Below, piece by piece: positions 27,648 through 36,800 of a stretch of DNA of 64,000 nt (position 1 is its first letter; every line of letters starts with the position of its first letter). Under the pieces are notes generated by a model. It saw nothing but the letters and a program-made list of their open reading frames with translations. It was not told the DNA's origin and made no database searches. The stretch covers positions 7,824 to 71,823 of the forward strand of contig CAIKLQ010000829.1 in the NCBI GenBank assembly GCA_903828255.1, given 5' to 3'. The translations under genes and the position numbers were made by a program. The DNA is from an uncultured Verrucomicrobiota bacterium. Its GTDB lineage: Bacteria; Verrucomicrobiota; Verrucomicrobiia; Limisphaerales; JADLHS01.

Positions 27648-28340
27648 ATGATCTCGCTGCTTATTGCTACCCGCAACGCCCACAAAGTCGGTGAAATTCG
27701 CGCCATTCTGGGCGACGGGTTCCGCTACTTCACGCTGGAGGATTTTCCGGCAGCCCCGGAGACGGTCGAGGACGTCGCTACGTTTGCGGGGAATGCGCAG
27801 AAGAAAGCGGTGGAGTTGGCGCGATGGGTGGCGGGTGCTCAGTGCTCAGTGTTCAGTGTTCAGGCGGAGCCGAGTTTCGTCCTGGCTGATGATTCGGGAC
27901 TGGAAGTGGATGCGCTGGGCGGCGCGCCGGGCGTCCACTCGGCGCGATTTGCGGCGCTGGATACAGGTAAGTCCGGCAATTCCGCCACCGCCGACAACAA
28001 TGCCAAGCTGCTGCGCCTCCTCGCCACCGTGCCGACGGAAGCACGCACCGCCCGATTCCGCTGCGTGATTGCCCTAACGCCCGTCACACCCGGAAAAGTC
28101 CAGGTGAGTTCGCCCGTGTGTTACGCGGATGAACCTGAGCTTCAAACCCAATTGTTTGAGGGTGCATGTGAGGGGCGCATCCTTTCCGCGCCGCGAGGGC
28201 AAGGCGGCTTTGGCTACGATCCGCTGTTCGTGCCGGAGGGGTTTGACCAGACGTTTGCGGAGCTGGGGGAAGACGTGAAGAACCGCCGGAGCCATCGCGC
28301 TCGGGCGCTCGCGAAACTGAAGGCGGCTTTGAAGTCTTGA
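27648..28340 (+). CDS. rdgB: dITP/XTP pyrophosphatase (RdgB/HAM1 family)
   Basis: ATRNAHKVGEIRAIL, ADDSGLEVDALGGAPGVHSAR, GFGYDPLF and SHRARAL are present. The start is ATG 27648; the upstream track extension is Arg-rich and implausible. Confidence 0.9.
   Translation: MISLLIATRNAHKVGEIRAILGDGFRYFTLEDFPAAPETVEDVATFAGNAQKKAVELARWVAGAQCSVFSVQAEPSFVLADDSGLEVDALGGAPGVHSARFAALDTGKSGNSATADNNAKLLRLLATVPTEARTARFRCVIALTPVTPGKVQVSSPVCYADEPELQTQLFEGACEGRILSAPRGQGGFGYDPLFVPEGFDQTFAELGEDVKNRRSHRARALAKLKAALKS
27835..27862. repeat. tandem heptamer array inside rdgB
   Basis: The array reads gtgctca gtgctca gtgttca gtgttca and translates to GAQCSVFSVQ. Confidence 0.85.
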
Positions 28341-28453
28341 GATTTCGAGTTGTCCGCCTCCCTGGGGTGTGCCAACGTCCCGCGCAAATACCGCCTTGTT
28401 CGGAACGGGGGAAAGCCGATTCGCAACAGGGAATTGTGAATGGTGACGTGCAA

Positions 28454-29677
28454 ATGAAAAATGAACTGTTTCGGCGGGCGCTGTTCAGGTTGAGCTTTGC
28501 CGCCGCGCTTGCGGTTTTCAGTCCCCTCTGTTCCGCCCAATACACCAACGGCATTTATGCCGAGTTCAACACCAGCATGGGCAGTTACACCTGCCGGCTC
28601 GAATCCGCGCTGGCGCCGAAAGCGGTGGCCAATTTCATCGGCCTCGCGACGGGCCAGCGGGGCTGGTTGGATTTGCCGTCCGGTGTGGTGAAAACCAATC
28701 CGTTCTACAACGGCACCACGTTTCATCGTGTGATGCCAGGATTCATGAACCAGGGCGGTTCGCCGAACGGGTTGGGCACGGATGGGCCGGGTTACACTTT
28801 CGTGGATGAGTTCACGCCCAGCCTGCGGCATGACGGCTTTGGCGTGCTTTCGATGGCGAACTCGGGGAAGGACTCCAACGGCGCGCAGTATTTCATCACG
28901 GTGGAACCGACGCCCTGGTTGAACGACGAGCATACGATCTTCGGCCGGCTCTACGGCGGCTCGAACGTGGTGTATGCCATCAACAATGTCGCCACGAACG
29001 GGAACAGCAAGCCGCTGACGAATATCGTCGTCAACGCGATCAACATCCGGCGCATCGGGCCAGCGGCGGTGGCGTTTGACATCCACACCAACGGACTGCC
29101 GGTGGTCACGAACCTCACCCTGTCCATCGCCAAGTCCGGCACAAACATCAGCCTCAGCTTCAGCAACCGGCTCTACGCCGACACGCGCATTTACGCCTCC
29201 GGCTATCTTACCAACTGGGGTTGGTTGGGGCTTGGAATGGACCTGACCGGAGTTCCGACCAATTCCTTCACCCGCGGCTATACGAACAACAGCCAGTTCT
29301 TCCGGGCGGCGCAGATTCAGTATCCGGCTTCCACGCTCGCGCCGAAGACCTTGTCTGGCCGAGTGTTGACGGTGGTGTTCACCAATGGCTTCACTGGCAC
29401 CTTGATCGTCACCCCCAATTCCTCCAACGGCGGGTCGTACACCTACAACGGAACCGCGGGCACTCTCGCTTATTGTTATTGGCGGCAGGAGCCCTACAAC
29501 GGCAAGCTCTGGCCGATTGGCTTTAACGGCGTTTTGAATTTCGATCTGGCGATGATGCTCAATTTTGACACCGCTTCTGCTGGGGGCTTCAGCGGGAAAA
29601 TTTACCCACCTCCGTATTACTACCCGAATGCGCCCGTCACTTATGATGTGGCCGGCAGTTTTAGCCTTGCCCCCTGA
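28454..29677 (+). CDS. secreted cyclophilin-type peptidyl-prolyl isomerase with a ~240-aa C-terminal extension
   Basis: A signal peptide (MKNELFRRALFRLSFAAALAVFSPLCSAQ) and cyclophilin motifs (FHRVMPGFMNQGG, MANSGKDSNGAQYFIT) are present. The C-terminal half has no motif I recognise. Confidence 0.88.
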   Translation: MKNELFRRALFRLSFAAALAVFSPLCSAQYTNGIYAEFNTSMGSYTCRLESALAPKAVANFIGLATGQRGWLDLPSGVVKTNPFYNGTTFHRVMPGFMNQGGSPNGLGTDGPGYTFVDEFTPSLRHDGFGVLSMANSGKDSNGAQYFITVEPTPWLNDEHTIFGRLYGGSNVVYAINNVATNGNSKPLTNIVVNAINIRRIGPAAVAFDIHTNGLPVVTNLTLSIAKSGTNISLSFSNRLYADTRIYASGYLTNWGWLGLGMDLTGVPTNSFTRGYTNNSQFFRAAQIQYPASTLAPKTLSGRVLTVVFTNGFTGTLIVTPNSSNGGSYTYNGTAGTLAYCYWRQEPYNGKLWPIGFNGVLNFDLAMMLNFDTASAGGFSGKIYPPPYYYPNAPVTYDVAGSFSLAP

Positions 29678-29748
29678 GAGGTTCCCGACGCAGAGGTGCG
29701 ATCCACTGCCCGCTGAAGTACCTGGCCAGATGGCATAACCAGCCCGGC

Positions 29749-30597
29749 TCAAGTCGGCGGCGGCAGTGTGGGTTTCAGCCGGCCGTTGGAGGCGAGAATG
29801 CGGTGCTTCAAGTATCCTGGCACTGGCTGACACTGGAATTCACCGCCGGCGCACTCGATGATCAGCCCGCCCGCGGCGAAGTCCCACAAGTTAAGCCGCC
29901 GCTCGATATACGCATCGAAGCGCCCCATCGCCACATAAGCCAGCGCCAGCGCTGCGGAGCCAAACATACGAACTTTGCGCACGCGGCGGGAAAGAAGCAT
30001 GAAGTACGGCACGAACGCGCGCAGGTTGGCCCGGTTTTTCACGAAACCCATCGTCACCATCGCCTCGCCCAAGTCCGTGGTGCGACTGACCTGGATCACC
30101 CGGCCATTCAGGCGCGCCGGGGCGCCGCGCATGGCGGTCCAGAGCTCGTCCTGGAACGGATCGTAAATGACCCCGACAAGTGTGACGTAATTCGTGATGC
30201 GTGATGCGTGATGCGTGGGCCGCTTTCGCGCGCCACTCGCCACTTGACACTCGACACGTTCCTGAAGGGCAATCGAAACCGCCGCGTGCGGGATGCCGTG
30301 TGCGTAATTCACCGTGCCGTCAATCGGATCCACCACCCAGCGAAGCGCGGCGGCGCTCTTCGCTCTCGGCTCGCCTTCCTCGCCTAGGAAACTGATTTCC
30401 GGAAACGCGCGGTGCAGGATTCCCTCGATCAGCTTCTGACATTGCACGTCGAGTTCCAACTTGATGTCGTGGGCGTTGGCGAGGTTGACGGTCTTCGCGA
30501 CGTGAAGATTCTTTCGCATCACGGTGCCGGCGGCCCGCGCGGCGCGCACGGCGGCGGCGAGCGCGGCCTTCGTTTCTTTTGAATTCATCATGGGCAA
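29749..30597 (-). CDS. inositol monophosphatase family protein (SuhB-like)
   Basis: FLGEEGEP, WVVDPIDGTVNYAHGIP and FGSAALALAYVAMGRFDAY are present. A 22-aa insertion sits between SIAL and YDP. Confidence 0.85.
   Translation of the reverse strand: MPMMNSKETKAALAAAVRAARAAGTVMRKNLHVAKTVNLANAHDIKLELDVQCQKLIEGILHRAFPEISFLGEEGEPRAKSAAALRWVVDPIDGTVNYAHGIPHAAVSIALQERVECQVASGARKRPTHHASRITNYVTLVGVIYDPFQDELWTAMRGAPARLNGRVIQVSRTTDLGEAMVTMGFVKNRANLRAFVPYFMLLSRRVRKVRMFGSAALALAYVAMGRFDAYIERRLNLWDFAAGGLIIECAGGEFQCQPVPGYLKHRILASNGRLKPTLPPPT
30193..30258. repeat. paired heptamer arrays (imperfect hairpin) inside the IMPase gene
   Basis: cgtgatg x3 plus cgtgggc occupy 30193-30220. cactcgc cacttga cactcga cacg occupy 30234-30258. 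The gtg/cac registers pair every 7 nt. The span is 66 nt. Confidence 0.8.
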
Positions 30598-30601
30598 TAG
30601 T

Positions 30602-31607
30602 TCAATCCGGTTCCAGTTCCAATAAACAAGCGTCTAGCGGCGCCAATTGTGGCTGTAGAATCAAGGTTTTTCCGCGGTACCTGCCGACTTGCTTGCGACC
30701 CGATTCGTCCAGGCGGAAGATTCTCCCCCGCCGACTGAGCGGGGCCGGGAAAGGATCGAGTCGCAACTCGGGGCTCAAAGGTTGGTCGCTGAGGCTTGCC
30801 ACGGCGATGGCCACCGAACCGTTCGGCGCCCGCCAGGCCGCCGCCAGCACGAGTGCGCTGGGTTGCGCCAGCGTTCTCCGGGCGATGTACGACCTCTAAA
30901 TTGAAGCCGCCGCTGCTGCCGCCGAAAGCTGAAAAGTCCTTCAGGTAATCCGCCGTGTCATCGCACGCCACGTAAAGTCCGGCGCTGCCGGCGTTCGCCA
31001 GCGCCAGGCATTGCAGCGAGAGCAGACCGGGATAGTGCCAGGTTTGGCGTTTGGGACTCCCCATCGCATCGTGAAGCTGGGCGCTGGGATTCTCCGACTG
31101 TTCTCCGAGCCAGACGGGCACGGCGAGCTTGTCACCGGGTTGCTCAGCCACTTCAAGCAAGCGCGGAAAGCGAATCACGCGTGGCGTTTGACCGCTGAGG
31201 TTGTGAAGCGAGATTTGCCAGCGACTCAAAGCGAGGCGCGGATCCAGGCGCACCGTGACTTCGACGCTCAGAGCTGGCGACCGGGCGAGGCCGAAGTCGC
31301 GCCACTCTAGGCGGAGGCCTCCGGGCTTTGCGGCAAGCGGCGTGAGGTCACACGTTCGAGCATTCGTCGGAGAGAGCAACCGTCCGTCGGTGAACTCCAC
31401 TTCCCAGAGCCCGCCGAGATCTGTCGCCACGCCGGCGAGATTCCGGCGCGAGGTGAGATCAATGAACTCGACAATCTGCCCGGAGCGTTTGTCCACGCCT
31501 ACTTGGAGATTGCGATTCGCCGCGCGAACGATGTCCGTCGTCGCTCCGCAGGTCGCCAACGCCGCCAAGAGCGCCAACCCGCAAGTGATCGCGGCTGCGC
31601 CAATCAA
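30602..31607 (-). pseudogene. secreted or lipoprotein-like hypothetical protein, apparently frameshifted near 30880-30895
   Basis: Sensible sequence in the 30588..32093 frame (..LYVACDDTADYLKDFSAFGGSSGGFNLEV) turns into an Arg/Gly-rich tail. The adjacent frame opens after a TAG and reads plausibly to the stop at 30602 (YIARRTLAQPSALVLAAAWRAPNGSVAIAVASLSDQPL..LELEPD). The start is a guess: TTG at 31607, before IGAAAITCGLALLAALATCGA. Confidence 0.45.
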
Positions 31608-31710
31608 CCCGCGACGGCGTCTCGTAACCGTGGGTTTGAAAACTGATTCTTTGCTGTTTCCGGCGGAGTAGTTTGGCGGCGTCAAAGCATCCGGCGCGTC
31701 CGGTGGCTGC

Positions 31711-31847
31711 CTCCCTCTCCCAGCGGGAGAGGGATTGAGGGTGAGGGAGAGCGGCCACAATAACGGCGGAGGGTGGTAATTTCCTGCGTGCTTTGAATGC
31801 TCCTGGCGTTCTCCCTCACCCCAGCCCTCTCCCGCTGGGAGAGGGAG
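31711..31847. repeat. inverted pair of ~37-nt palindrome-containing repeats
   Basis: 31711-31749 reads ctccctctcccagcgggagagggattgagggtgagggag. 31811-31847 reads ctccctcaccccagccctctcccgctgggagagggag, close to its reverse complement. Each copy contains the ctctcc...ggagag stem. Confidence 0.85.
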
Positions 31848-31944
31848 CATCCTCGCCAGCACCCGGCGCTTTCGAAACCGCGGATTGTTTCCACCGAAGA
31901 TAGCGAACAAACTGAAAACTTGAGCGGCTAGCTTCACGGCGAAG

Positions 31945-32133
31945 CCTTTGGAGTGCGGGGACTCGTCACCGCTTTTCGCAGGCGCCTTGTCGCCGTCAAA
32001 CTGGGTGAGGCGAACGGTCTTTGAGAAAGCGGTTGGTTCAGGCTTTCCGACGTGCCGCTGGACGTGGCACGGCTTCGCCGACAAGTCGGCCAAGCGGCAA
32101 AAGCGGCGACAAGTCGCCGCACTCCAAAGCGCT
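31945..32133. repeat. inverted pair of a second repeat family
   Basis: 31945-31979 reads cctttggagtgcggggactcgtcaccgcttttcgc. 32097-32133 reads gcaaaagcggcgacaagtcgccgcactccaaagcgct, its near reverse complement with the core palindrome ggcgacaagtcgcc. A related gccgacaagtcggc lies at 32077-32090. Confidence 0.8.
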
Positions 32134-32168
32134 GTGGACGCGCCGACCCACTGAATGCCTCTGCGGAG

Positions 32169-33647
32169 TTACTCAATGCGCCCATCCTGTTTCGGGAGCT
32201 TCACTTCTTTCACTTGGAGGTCGTAGCTGTATTTGTCGAAGTAGATGTTGTGCCCGTCCCATTCCATTTCACCGCGCTGAAAATCCACGGTGTCCGAGCG
32301 CAGCCCGCGCTTCGGAGGCGACAGTTCTTGCGAATGGTCGCCGTTCGCGATCATGCGCCACTGGTCCAACCCGCCGAAGTAGAAGTCGCGAATTTCCCGC
32401 TGTTCCGCCGGCGTGAGCGTGCGCGCGTAGCGCATTGCCCAGATGCCCATGTAAGGGTCCACCGGCATCCAGCCGTAGGGCGCGAGATGAATCTCCGTCC
32501 AGTCGTGGATGTCCTTGCCGCTGGGAAAGGTTTTCCAGCCCGATTGCCAGCGCGCGGGGATGCCGTTGAGCCGGCAGAGCGTGATGAACAACAGCGCCTC
32601 CTGCCCGCAATCGCCGTAGCGCTTGGTGCGGCAATAATCGCTGATGTTCCGGATCGTCGAATACTCGGTGGCGAAACTGTATTTGATCTGGTCGGCGATC
32701 CAGTCGAAGCACTTCTTCGCTTTGCGGAAATCATTCGTCTCCGCGCCCACGACCTCCGCCGACAGCGCGCGTATTTCTGGGGTGAACACGACGTGCGGTG
32801 CTTCGCCCAGGAACGGTGCGAGCGCGGCATCGTTCGCGTCGCACGGGCGAACCTCCTCCGGCTTGACGTCGAACTTCACGCCCCAAGCGGTGTAATCGTA
32901 TTCGAGCTTGAACTCGGTGGGCTTGCCTTTGCGCGCGGCTTTTTCGAGATACGCAGCGCGGATGACGCTCTCGCGGCTGTTGATGTCGCTGGTGGGAGGC
33001 GAAGCGGAACGCAGTTGGAAATCCGTCTGAAACGGGTAATGCCGTGGGATCGGAAGCCAGGCCCGAATGACTTGGCCGGCAGGCGCGGCGTCGGCTTTGG
33101 CGGTGACGATCATCGTGGTGCGGAAACGTTTCGGTAGCACGTAAGGCTTCTTTTCCGCGAGCGTCGCTTGCTGGATTGCCTGACACGCCGCCAGCACGGC
33201 GGCTTCAAATGCCTCCGGGTGTTTGGGTTTGAGCCCCCGGCGCTCTAACTCGGCGTGGCGGAAATACAAATTGCTCACGCTCGAACCCATGAAGCGCCGC
33301 TCGCCATCAATCTCGCGACTGTCGAATCGGCCCTCAGCGATCCAGCCTTCAAATTCGCTCTCGGTCACATCCTTGACGGACTCCTTCAGCGCCTTGAACA
33401 AAGCCTCCTTTGTCAGCTTGTAGTCCTTGCGGATGCGGTCGAGGCGGTCCAGTTCAAATTCCAGTTCCTTGCGCTTGGCAGTCGCGAGCGACTTGTTGGC
33501 CAGCGCATTCGTCAAAACCGCCACCGTTTCCTTGAACTTGCCTTGGGTTTCGAGTGCGGCGGCCGTTTCCCGGAATTCCGTCTGCGCAAAACAATTCGCA
33601 GCCGCGCACAAGCTGAACGAAATGACTAGGGCGTGAAACCGTTTCAT
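32169..33647 (-). CDS. secreted transglutaminase-like domain protein
   Basis: A signal peptide (MKRFHALVISFSLCAAANCFA) is present. The transglutaminase core is YGDCGQEALLFITLCRLNGIPARWQSGW, HDWTEIHLAPYGWMPVDP. Confidence 0.85.
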   Translation of the reverse strand: MKRFHALVISFSLCAAANCFAQTEFRETAAALETQGKFKETVAVLTNALANKSLATAKRKELEFELDRLDRIRKDYKLTKEALFKALKESVKDVTESEFEGWIAEGRFDSREIDGERRFMGSSVSNLYFRHAELERRGLKPKHPEAFEAAVLAACQAIQQATLAEKKPYVLPKRFRTTMIVTAKADAAPAGQVIRAWLPIPRHYPFQTDFQLRSASPPTSDINSRESVIRAAYLEKAARKGKPTEFKLEYDYTAWGVKFDVKPEEVRPCDANDAALAPFLGEAPHVVFTPEIRALSAEVVGAETNDFRKAKKCFDWIADQIKYSFATEYSTIRNISDYCRTKRYGDCGQEALLFITLCRLNGIPARWQSGWKTFPSGKDIHDWTEIHLAPYGWMPVDPYMGIWAMRYARTLTPAEQREIRDFYFGGLDQWRMIANGDHSQELSPPKRGLRSDTVDFQRGEMEWDGHNIYFDKYSYDLQVKEVKLPKQDGRIE

Positions 33648-33859
33648 TGGACAGTATAGTGTCTGGGTTGTCAGGACCGATCAATGAATCCCGGTGGCCG
33701 ACCGTTGTTACCCAGCTTCCACAAACCATGACTTCTGCGGCGCGGTTTCTCATTAACAGCCCGCTTCAGTGCTGGGTTAAGGAGCGCGCCGTCCGCGAGA
33801 ATTGAATTCCTTTTTCCGATGTGCGGCGTAGTCTTTCCGTCACAGTCCTTGCGCGAACG

Positions 33860-36800
33860 ATGAAGAGCATACCGTCATGGCTTGGTCAGGCTGGCAGGTC
33901 ACTGCCGGTCGGAGTTGTGGTCGTTGGGCTGGTCGTTTTTGCCGCTCCCGCCGCCAGCGACGACCAGGCGGATTTCAATTCGCAAATCCGCCCGATCCTT
34001 TCCGCCAAGTGCTTTTCCTGTCACGGCCCGGATGACCGTTCGCGCAAAGCGAAGCTGCGGCTCGATCTTCGCGAGCAGGCGACGCGCGAGCGCGAGGGCG
34101 TCACGCCTATCAAACCGGGGGACGTAAAGCAAAGCGAGTTGGTCCGGCGCATCATCACCACCGATCCCGAGGACATCATGCCGCCGGCCAAATCAGGGCA
34201 TCCCTTGACGCGGGCGGAAATCGAGCTGCTGAAGCGCTGGGTGCAACAGGGTGCGCCGTACGCGACGCATTGGTCGTTCACGAAACCGGTGCGACCGGTA
34301 CTGCCCAAAGTTGCCCATCGTGCCTGGGTGAAAAACCAGATTGATCAATTCATTCTGGCCAAGCTTGAGGCGAACAAGCTCAAGCCGTCCGCGACTGCGG
34401 ATCGTTACGCGTTGATTCGCCGGCTCTCGCTAGATTTGATCGGTTTGCCGCCCTCGCCCGCTGCAGTTGCGGCGTTTGTCGCGGACCGTTCCCCAAATGC
34501 TTACGAGAAAGTCGTGGATCGTTTGCTGGCTTCGCCCGCGTACGGTGAGAAGTGGACGCGCTTGTGGCTGGACTTGGCGCGTTACGCTGATTCTTACGGC
34601 TACGGCCAGGATTCGTTGCGCCAAAACAATCCGTGGCCGTATCGCGACTGGGTCATCAAGGCGCTCAATCGTAATCTTCCGTTCGATCAATTCACCCGCG
34701 AGCAAATCGCCGGCGATCTGCTGGAGCAGCCGACGGAGGAGCAGATCATCGCCACGGCGTTTCACCGCAATACGATGACGAATGTCGAGGGCGGCACGGA
34801 CGACGAGGAATGGCGCGTGGCGGCGGTGAAGGATCGCGCCAACGTCACGGCGCAGGTGTGGATGGGGCTGACGCTGGGGTGCGCGCAATGTCATTCGCAC
34901 AAGTTCGACCCGATTTCGCAGAAGGAATACTACCAGTTCTATGCGTTCTTCAATCAGAGCGAGGACAACGACCAACCCGATGAGCGCCCTACGCTGCCGC
35001 TACCGACGCCGGAGCAGCGCGAGCGAATCACGGGCCTCCAGCACCAAATCGCCGAACTGGAAAAGACGCTTGCGACCAACGGGCCGGGCGTGGAGCGCGA
35101 GTTCGCGGAATGGGACAAAATCAATCAATCGCCGGGCGTGTGGCGCGTCGCTGACTTGACTGAATTCAACTCGGCGAAAGGAACCACCTTCCAAAAGTCC
35201 GAAGACTATTCGTTGCTGGCGGGCACGAATTCGCCTGACAAGGACACTTACACTTTGAAGTGGGCAGCGGCCGTGGCGGGAGCGCGGGCATTGCGGCTCG
35301 AAGTGCTGGCCGATGATTCGCTGCCAGCTCACGGCCCCGGCCGGAGCGACAGCGGCAACTTCATGTTGAACGAATTGCAACTCACGCTGAAGACCAGTTC
35401 CGCGCCCAAGCACGCAAGGTTCGTGCGGATCGAATTGCCCGGCGAGAAACACGTTCTCTCCTTGGCGGAAGTGCAGGTCTTCAGCAGCGGCGAAAACGTG
35501 GCGACGCGCGGCAAGGCTTCGCAATCGAGCGTGGACTTCGCCGGTCCGCCGGAGCGCGCCATTGATGGCAACACGGATGGCGCTTTCGAGTCCGCGAAGT
35601 CCACGACCCACACGCGGGATGAGGCGAATCCTTGGTGGGAAATTGACCTAGGCGAAGAAAAGGCTCTTGAATCGGTTGTCGTGTGGAACCGGACGGATGG
35701 CGAGGTCGGCGAGCGGCTTGCGGGGTTTCAATTGCTGGCGCTCGACGCCGGGCGCAAGCCGGTCTGGACGACGCAAGTTGCCGTCGCCCCCAAACCCAGC
35801 ACGCGATTGGTGCCGGATGAGCGCGTGGTGGTTTTGAAAAGGGCCACGGCTTCCTTCAGCGAGAGCGGTCGTGAAATCGCCAAGGTGACCGCCGCTCCGA
35901 GTGGGTCCAAGAATGGCTGGAGCATCGGCGGCGCACAGGGCAAAACGCAGACGGCCGTATTCGAGTTCGCCGAAGCCCTGCCCGCCGGTGAGCTTACGGT
36001 CAAGCTCGTCCAGAATTTCGGCAAGCAAAACACCCTGGGCCGGCTGCGGCTGGCGTTGAGCGATTCGATTCTGCCGGCGCTTGCGGCTCCGGAAAAAGTC
36101 CAAGCCCTGCTGGCCACGGCATCGGACCAACGAACTCCCGGTCAGCGCACGGAATTGCAGCAGTGGTTCCAGCAATACGCGGCGGCAACGACGGAAATCA
36201 ACACGCAGATCGAAGCGGTGCGAAAAGAGCTGGATGGGATCAAGCCGGCCCAGGTGCCGGTCATGCGCGATTTGCCGCCAGACAAAGCGCGAGTTTCGCA
36301 TCTGCTCAACAAGGGAAATTATCTCGATCCCGGCGACGCCGTTTTGCCGGCGGCGCCGGCCGCCTTTCTTGCCTGGCCGACCGGCGCTCCGACCAATCGG
36401 CTCGGCGTTGCGCAATGGCTGATGAGTCCGGAGAATCCGCTGACCGCGCGCGTCACCGCCAACCGGATCTGGGCGCAACTATTCGGCACGGGCTTGGTCG
36501 AGACCGAAGAAGATTTCGGCACGCAGGGTTCGCTGCCGAGTCATCCGGAGTTGCTCGATTGGCTCGCCTTGGAACTCCGCGATCACGGTTGGGATGTGAA
36601 ACGGTTTTTGAAGACCCTCGTCATGAGCGCAACATACCAACAGAGTTCGCGCGTCACCCCGGAGCCGTTGCAGAAGGATCCGCGCAATCGTTTGCTGTCG
36701 CGCGCGCCGCGGCGGCGGTTGGACGCGGAGATCATTCGTGACCAGGCGCTGGCATTGAGCGGTCTGCTAAGCCACAAGGTCGGTGGGCCAAGTGTCTATC

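Noticed and set aside
28214-29833. 539-aa minus-strand ORF opposite the cyclophilin gene
   Set aside because: Shadow ORF. The + strand encodes clear cyclophilin motifs.
31608-32093. N-terminal ~160 aa of the 501-aa ORF 30588..32093
   Set aside because: This part is translated straight through two inverted-repeat families (peptides LPLPAGEGWGEGE and GDESPHSKG). It is almost certainly non-coding spacer.
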